64,000 nucleotides of DNA, from positions 320,001 to 384,000 of the forward strand of contig JAUVXV010000002.1 of NCBI GenBank assembly GCA_030603365.1, written 5' to 3'. Source of the DNA: Candidatus Heimdallarchaeota archaeon. Its GTDB lineage: Archaea > Asgardarchaeota > Heimdallarchaeia > Heimdallarchaeales > Heimdallarchaeaceae. The notes beneath the pieces are model-generated. The model saw only the letters and a program-made list of their open reading frames with translations, made no database searches and was not told the origin of the DNA. This document shows positions 60,784-64,000 of the stretch, in pieces; positions within the stretch are counted from its first letter, which is position 1, and every line of letters begins with the position of its first letter. A program made the translations under genes and the position numbers.

Positions 60784-60971
60784 CACTAGTATAGATCTTA
60801 CAGAAATTTCTTTCGTTTCCGAAGATAGATATTTATTAAAGAGTAACCATAAAAAAAATGGAAGTGCCTTCCGATCATTCCCAACTAGTATATTGTGAGT
60901 AAATATAGAAACTTTTTGATTTTAGAACAAGTAAAGTTTTAATACAGAATAAATAATAGAAAAACGAAATT

Positions 60972-62165
60972 ATGTCGTCTATAACACGATTTGGAATCGA
61001 GTTTAACATAAGATCTAACCAAATATATCTAGATTCTGCAACCATTGGTAAAATGCCTATTTCCTCAATTAAAGCCATTTCTGATTATTATCTAGATGGG
61101 GGAAGTGTACCAGTTAGGGGAATGCATAATGAAATTTCTCAAAGTAATAATTTTCTAGAAGAAAAAAGGGGAGAGCTAGCAAATCTATTTCAAGTAGAAC
61201 CTGTTCAAATTTCGTTTTTTCCTTCAAGAGAATCCAACTTAACAAGTATCCTTTATTCAATAGAAGATATCAAAGATAGGAGGATTATAACTAGCGTTCT
61301 TGAAGAACACTCTGTAATTGGTCCTGCTATCAGAGCTAATAATGATCATGGAACAGAAATAGATTATTTGAATGTAAAAAACGAAACAAATCTGTTAGAG
61401 AGCATTAATCAGAAGGTAAATTCCGAACAAGATATTCTGCTTTTATCTTCTTTAACTTCAACCAACGGAGTTAAGAGAGATTGGTCTGAGATAGCTAAAG
61501 TCTGCAAAGACACTGGTGCAACTTTTCTTCTTGACATAAGTTATTCTTTAGGTCATGAAGAGCTAAATTTCAAAGAAATTTCTCCTGATGTTGTCTTCGC
61601 ATCAGGTTGCATTGGTGCATTAGGACCCCCTGGAACAGCTTTTCAAATCACTAAAAAAGAGTTTTATGATAAGATGGATCCATTAATTGTGGGCGGAAAT
61701 TCAATAATTACTTTGGAAGAAGAGTATTATTTACTTACATCTTCAGGTTCTAAATTCGAGACAGGACTCGTTAATTGTGCAAATATTAGTTCGATGGTAA
61801 ACAGTTTAAGGATATTATCAAACGTTGGCTTTTCTAAAATTCAGGATCATGAAAGTAAATTAAATAATTTCCTAAGAAAAGAGTTAGAAAATTTACCATA
61901 TATTGAAATCAACAGTGTAGAAAATGTGGAATATGGTCCTATCATCTCCTTTGGCAGTAATAAAATTGAAGCTCATGATCTGGCTATAGTTCTAGAAGAC
62001 TTGAAGGATATCCAAATAAGAAGTGGAGCTCTCTGTTCTCATCTTTTCATGTATGAATTACCATTCAATGATATTTTGAGGGTATCTACGCACCTTTACA
62101 ATACAGAAGAAGAGGTGAAAATATTCATTGAGACACTTTCCTCAGTCTTAAGTGAGATGTCTTAG
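60972..62165 (+). CDS. SufS/Csd-like protein lacking the PLP lysine (paralog 2)
   Basis: YLDSATIGKMP, SGCIGALGP, FETG, RSGALCSH; colinear with 54181..55386. Confidence 0.85.
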   Translation: MSSITRFGIEFNIRSNQIYLDSATIGKMPISSIKAISDYYLDGGSVPVRGMHNEISQSNNFLEEKRGELANLFQVEPVQISFFPSRESNLTSILYSIEDIKDRRIITSVLEEHSVIGPAIRANNDHGTEIDYLNVKNETNLLESINQKVNSEQDILLLSSLTSTNGVKRDWSEIAKVCKDTGATFLLDISYSLGHEELNFKEISPDVVFASGCIGALGPPGTAFQITKKEFYDKMDPLIVGGNSIITLEEEYYLLTSSGSKFETGLVNCANISSMVNSLRILSNVGFSKIQDHESKLNNFLRKELENLPYIEINSVENVEYGPIISFGSNKIEAHDLAIVLEDLKDIQIRSGALCSHLFMYELPFNDILRVSTHLYNTEEEVKIFIETLSSVLSEMS

Positions 62166-62228
62166 CAGAAGCTCTTTCACAAACACCTTACACAACAATT
62201 AAAAGTAATTAATGATTTTTCAAATAAA

Positions 62229-62302
62229 GCACGCATAGTCTAGTGGTAGGACTGAGGCCTCCCACGCCTCCAACCCGAGTTCGAATCCCGGTGCGTGCAC
62301 CA
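62229..62302 (+). tRNA. tRNA-Gly(CCC), intronless, with encoded 3'-CCA
   Basis: Acceptor GCACGCA/TGCGTGC, anticodon arm GAGGC-ctCCCac-GCCTC, TTCGAAT T-loop, A-CCA end. Confidence 0.95.
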
Positions 62303-62409
62303 ACATTTCTTAATTCAACAGCGATTTAAATTTCACTATTTTCTTGACACAAAGCATTAATTTTTAAAACATTAAAGCATATATTTGATGTAGAAGAAGG
62401 TGAATTTGG

Positions 62410-62634
62410 GTGGCAAGGTGTCCTGATTGTGGTGGTGAAGTCAAGTATAAAGCTCCATTCATGGTATGTTTAGATTGTGGATTATCCATGAAAAGATGGG
62501 ATTTTGATGATACCAGTAGAAAAATCAAAGAAGAATTTAGAAGTGAAATAGGAGAATCCAATGAAGAAACTGAGCGAAAAGAAAGGCAAAAGAAACGTGC
62601 ATATCATGATTGGATTATGAAAAAGGAGGAATAG
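62410..62634 (+). CDS. Small zinc-ribbon protein
   Basis: CPDCGG...CLDCG; aggtga RBS. Confidence 0.75.
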   Translation: MARCPDCGGEVKYKAPFMVCLDCGLSMKRWDFDDTSRKIKEEFRSEIGESNEETERKERQKKRAYHDWIMKKEE

Positions 62635-62637
62635 AGG

Positions 62638-62895
62638 TTGACAATCATAGCTCAGCATATGAAATGTGATTTCAGAGACAGATGTGCTTCTTGTAGTAAA
62701 TATCTATGGTCACCTAAACAGAAAGGCAGGTATTTTTATTGTACAGATTGTAAATCAGATATACTTTGTGATAGAGGTTTAATTCAAAATTTCTCAACTG
62801 ATAAAGATGGTATCATTCAGAAAAAGAATCTTTGTATGAAGTGTAATAATGAGGTTATAGAAAAAATTTGGCCAGAAGATACTCTGGAATTATAA
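62638..62895 (+). CDS. Small Cys-rich zinc-finger protein
   Basis: CASC, CTDC, CMKC. Confidence 0.65.
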   Translation: MTIIAQHMKCDFRDRCASCSKYLWSPKQKGRYFYCTDCKSDILCDRGLIQNFSTDKDGIIQKKNLCMKCNNEVIEKIWPEDTLEL

Positions 62896-62906
62896 AAAGA
62901 GAAATC

Positions 62907-63998
62907 CTAGTCGATTATAATATACAATCCTGGATCATCCATTATATATATTAGTTCATCAGGATTTTCTGACATATAGTGAGTTATTTCTTTTCGAAGT
63001 GCATCAACTGGTGATTCTTCAGGTGTTTTAATTGGATTAACTCTGTAATATTTTCTTAATTGTTCAGCATCCCAGTCTGAAATTATTTTCAGATTGCCTT
63101 CTCCAATTGTTTTTACTATACGCATAGTATCCACTGGTTTTTGGTTACCTATTTTGAAAGTTTCTGTTGTACAGTAATTATCTAAAATATATTCAAGACC
63201 TTCTTGGAGTGGCATATCACCTGTTTCTTGCATAACTTGTTCATAATTAGCATTACCAATACCATCTGGAAGAGGTGCAACCGCTATGATTTCCCCTTTA
63301 CCATCTTGCTTCACAGCATTCCATGCAGCATGGATTCCTTTACCAGCTTGGTACAGATTGATTCCCCAGCTTTGCATACCACTAACAACTATTCCTGCTG
63401 CTTTAGGAAGACGTACTGTTCTCATTTCTACAATATGTTTTTTAGCTTCATCATGTAGTTCAACCAGATCACCTGTACAAATATGCACTATACTTCCCTC
63501 TGTAACAATTGTATCAATACCAAAGATCGTGACTTTTGACTTCAGAATATTTACCATGTTTTTGATATCTGTAATTACAGGATTTTCTTTAGTTCCACCT
63601 AATTTACATCCAGGTACAAAACCTAATTCTCTGTCAAACATCTTAGGATGATTCTGTCTTACAGTTTTTCTGCTAGCAATTCCTGGACATATTTCTTTGA
63701 TAGTACCTGCAACACCTGCAAAATAATGCAATTCACTATCAGTTATAGGAATCAAGATCGATGCTTCAAAAGCTAATTTATCGAACTCCATAGGTGTTCC
63801 AGCATCACTTTCTCCAACATAGACACCTTCTATGTCACAGTCGTGAGATACTATCTGTGATCTATATTCTTCATAAATCCTATCACCAACCACTTTTGGA
63901 TATTCCTCCTCTTTTGGTACTCTATGAGTTCCTGTTGCAATTAATATTCTAAAATCATCTTTTGAAACACCAAGAGAAAATATTTTTTCTATCATTAT
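62907..63998 (-). CDS. larA: LarA (nickel-pincer lactate racemase) family protein, 5'-truncated by window edge
   Basis: IATGTHR, HDC, HYFAG..G, INLYQAGKG; frame open to the edge. Confidence 0.8.
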   Translation of the reverse strand: MMIEKIFSLGVSKDDFRILIATGTHRVPKEEEYPKVVGDRIYEEYRSQIVSHDCDIEGVYVGESDAGTPMEFDKLAFEASILIPITDSELHYFAGVAGTIKEICPGIASRKTVRQNHPKMFDRELGFVPGCKLGGTKENPVITDIKNMVNILKSKVTIFGIDTIVTEGSIVHICTGDLVELHDEAKKHIVEMRTVRLPKAAGIVVSGMQSWGINLYQAGKGIHAAWNAVKQDGKGEIIAVAPLPDGIGNANYEQVMQETGDMPLQEGLEYILDNYCTTETFKIGNQKPVDTMRIVKTIGEGNLKIISDWDAEQLRKYYRVNPIKTPEESPVDALRKEITHYMSENPDELIYIMDDPGLYIIID

Positions 63999-64000
63999 CG

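Noticed and set aside
55387-60971. CRISPR array associated with the Cas12-like gene
   Set aside because: No run of equal-length repeats with spacers seen; only one two-copy 17-bp motif 3 kb apart.
3684-63651. Numerous 60-120 aa ORFs nested in or antisense to recognised genes (e.g. 7627..7977, 11115..11435, 25493..25837, 63286..63651)
   Set aside because: Shadow frames of well-supported CDSs with no motifs.

Overview
AT-rich, gene-dense archaeal chromosomal segment. LonB, a class I CCA enzyme, Trm11, archaemetzincin, a Ras-like small GTPase, longin-like domains and many C-terminally anchored surface proteins suggest an Asgard (probably Heimdallarchaeia-like) archaeon; this is inference, not a database match. 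Most of the window is housekeeping: nadA-nadC, IscS-IscU, a cca-thpR / rnz-trm11-prs / lonB block, peptidases, transporters, two-component proteins and tRNA-Gly(CCC). The unusual parts are: (1) an orphan ABC ATPase with a ~150-aa insertion that aligns with the IscU encoded 11 kb away but lacks its cysteines; (2) an NAD kinase-wHTH fusion with the catalytic Asp replaced (GGTGT), divergent from nadA-nadC; (3) a CCA-adding enzyme lacking two of three catalytic carboxylates, while the one tRNA here encodes its own CCA; (4) two SufS-like paralogs, both lacking the PLP lysine, bracketing an accessory island with a 735-aa TnpB/Cas12-like nuclease, a structured downstream region, a repeated 17-bp motif and a ~140-nt hairpin element; (5) a GTPase-hyp-hyp-serine recombinase cluster with tandem palindromes directly before the recombinase; (6) a 3.6-kb LVIVD-protein island flanked by a diverged 96-bp duplication of the kbl 3' end and carrying three GTCG-N11-CGAC palindromes. 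No CRISPR array or rRNA was seen. All calls come from reading motifs by eye; no searches were run.
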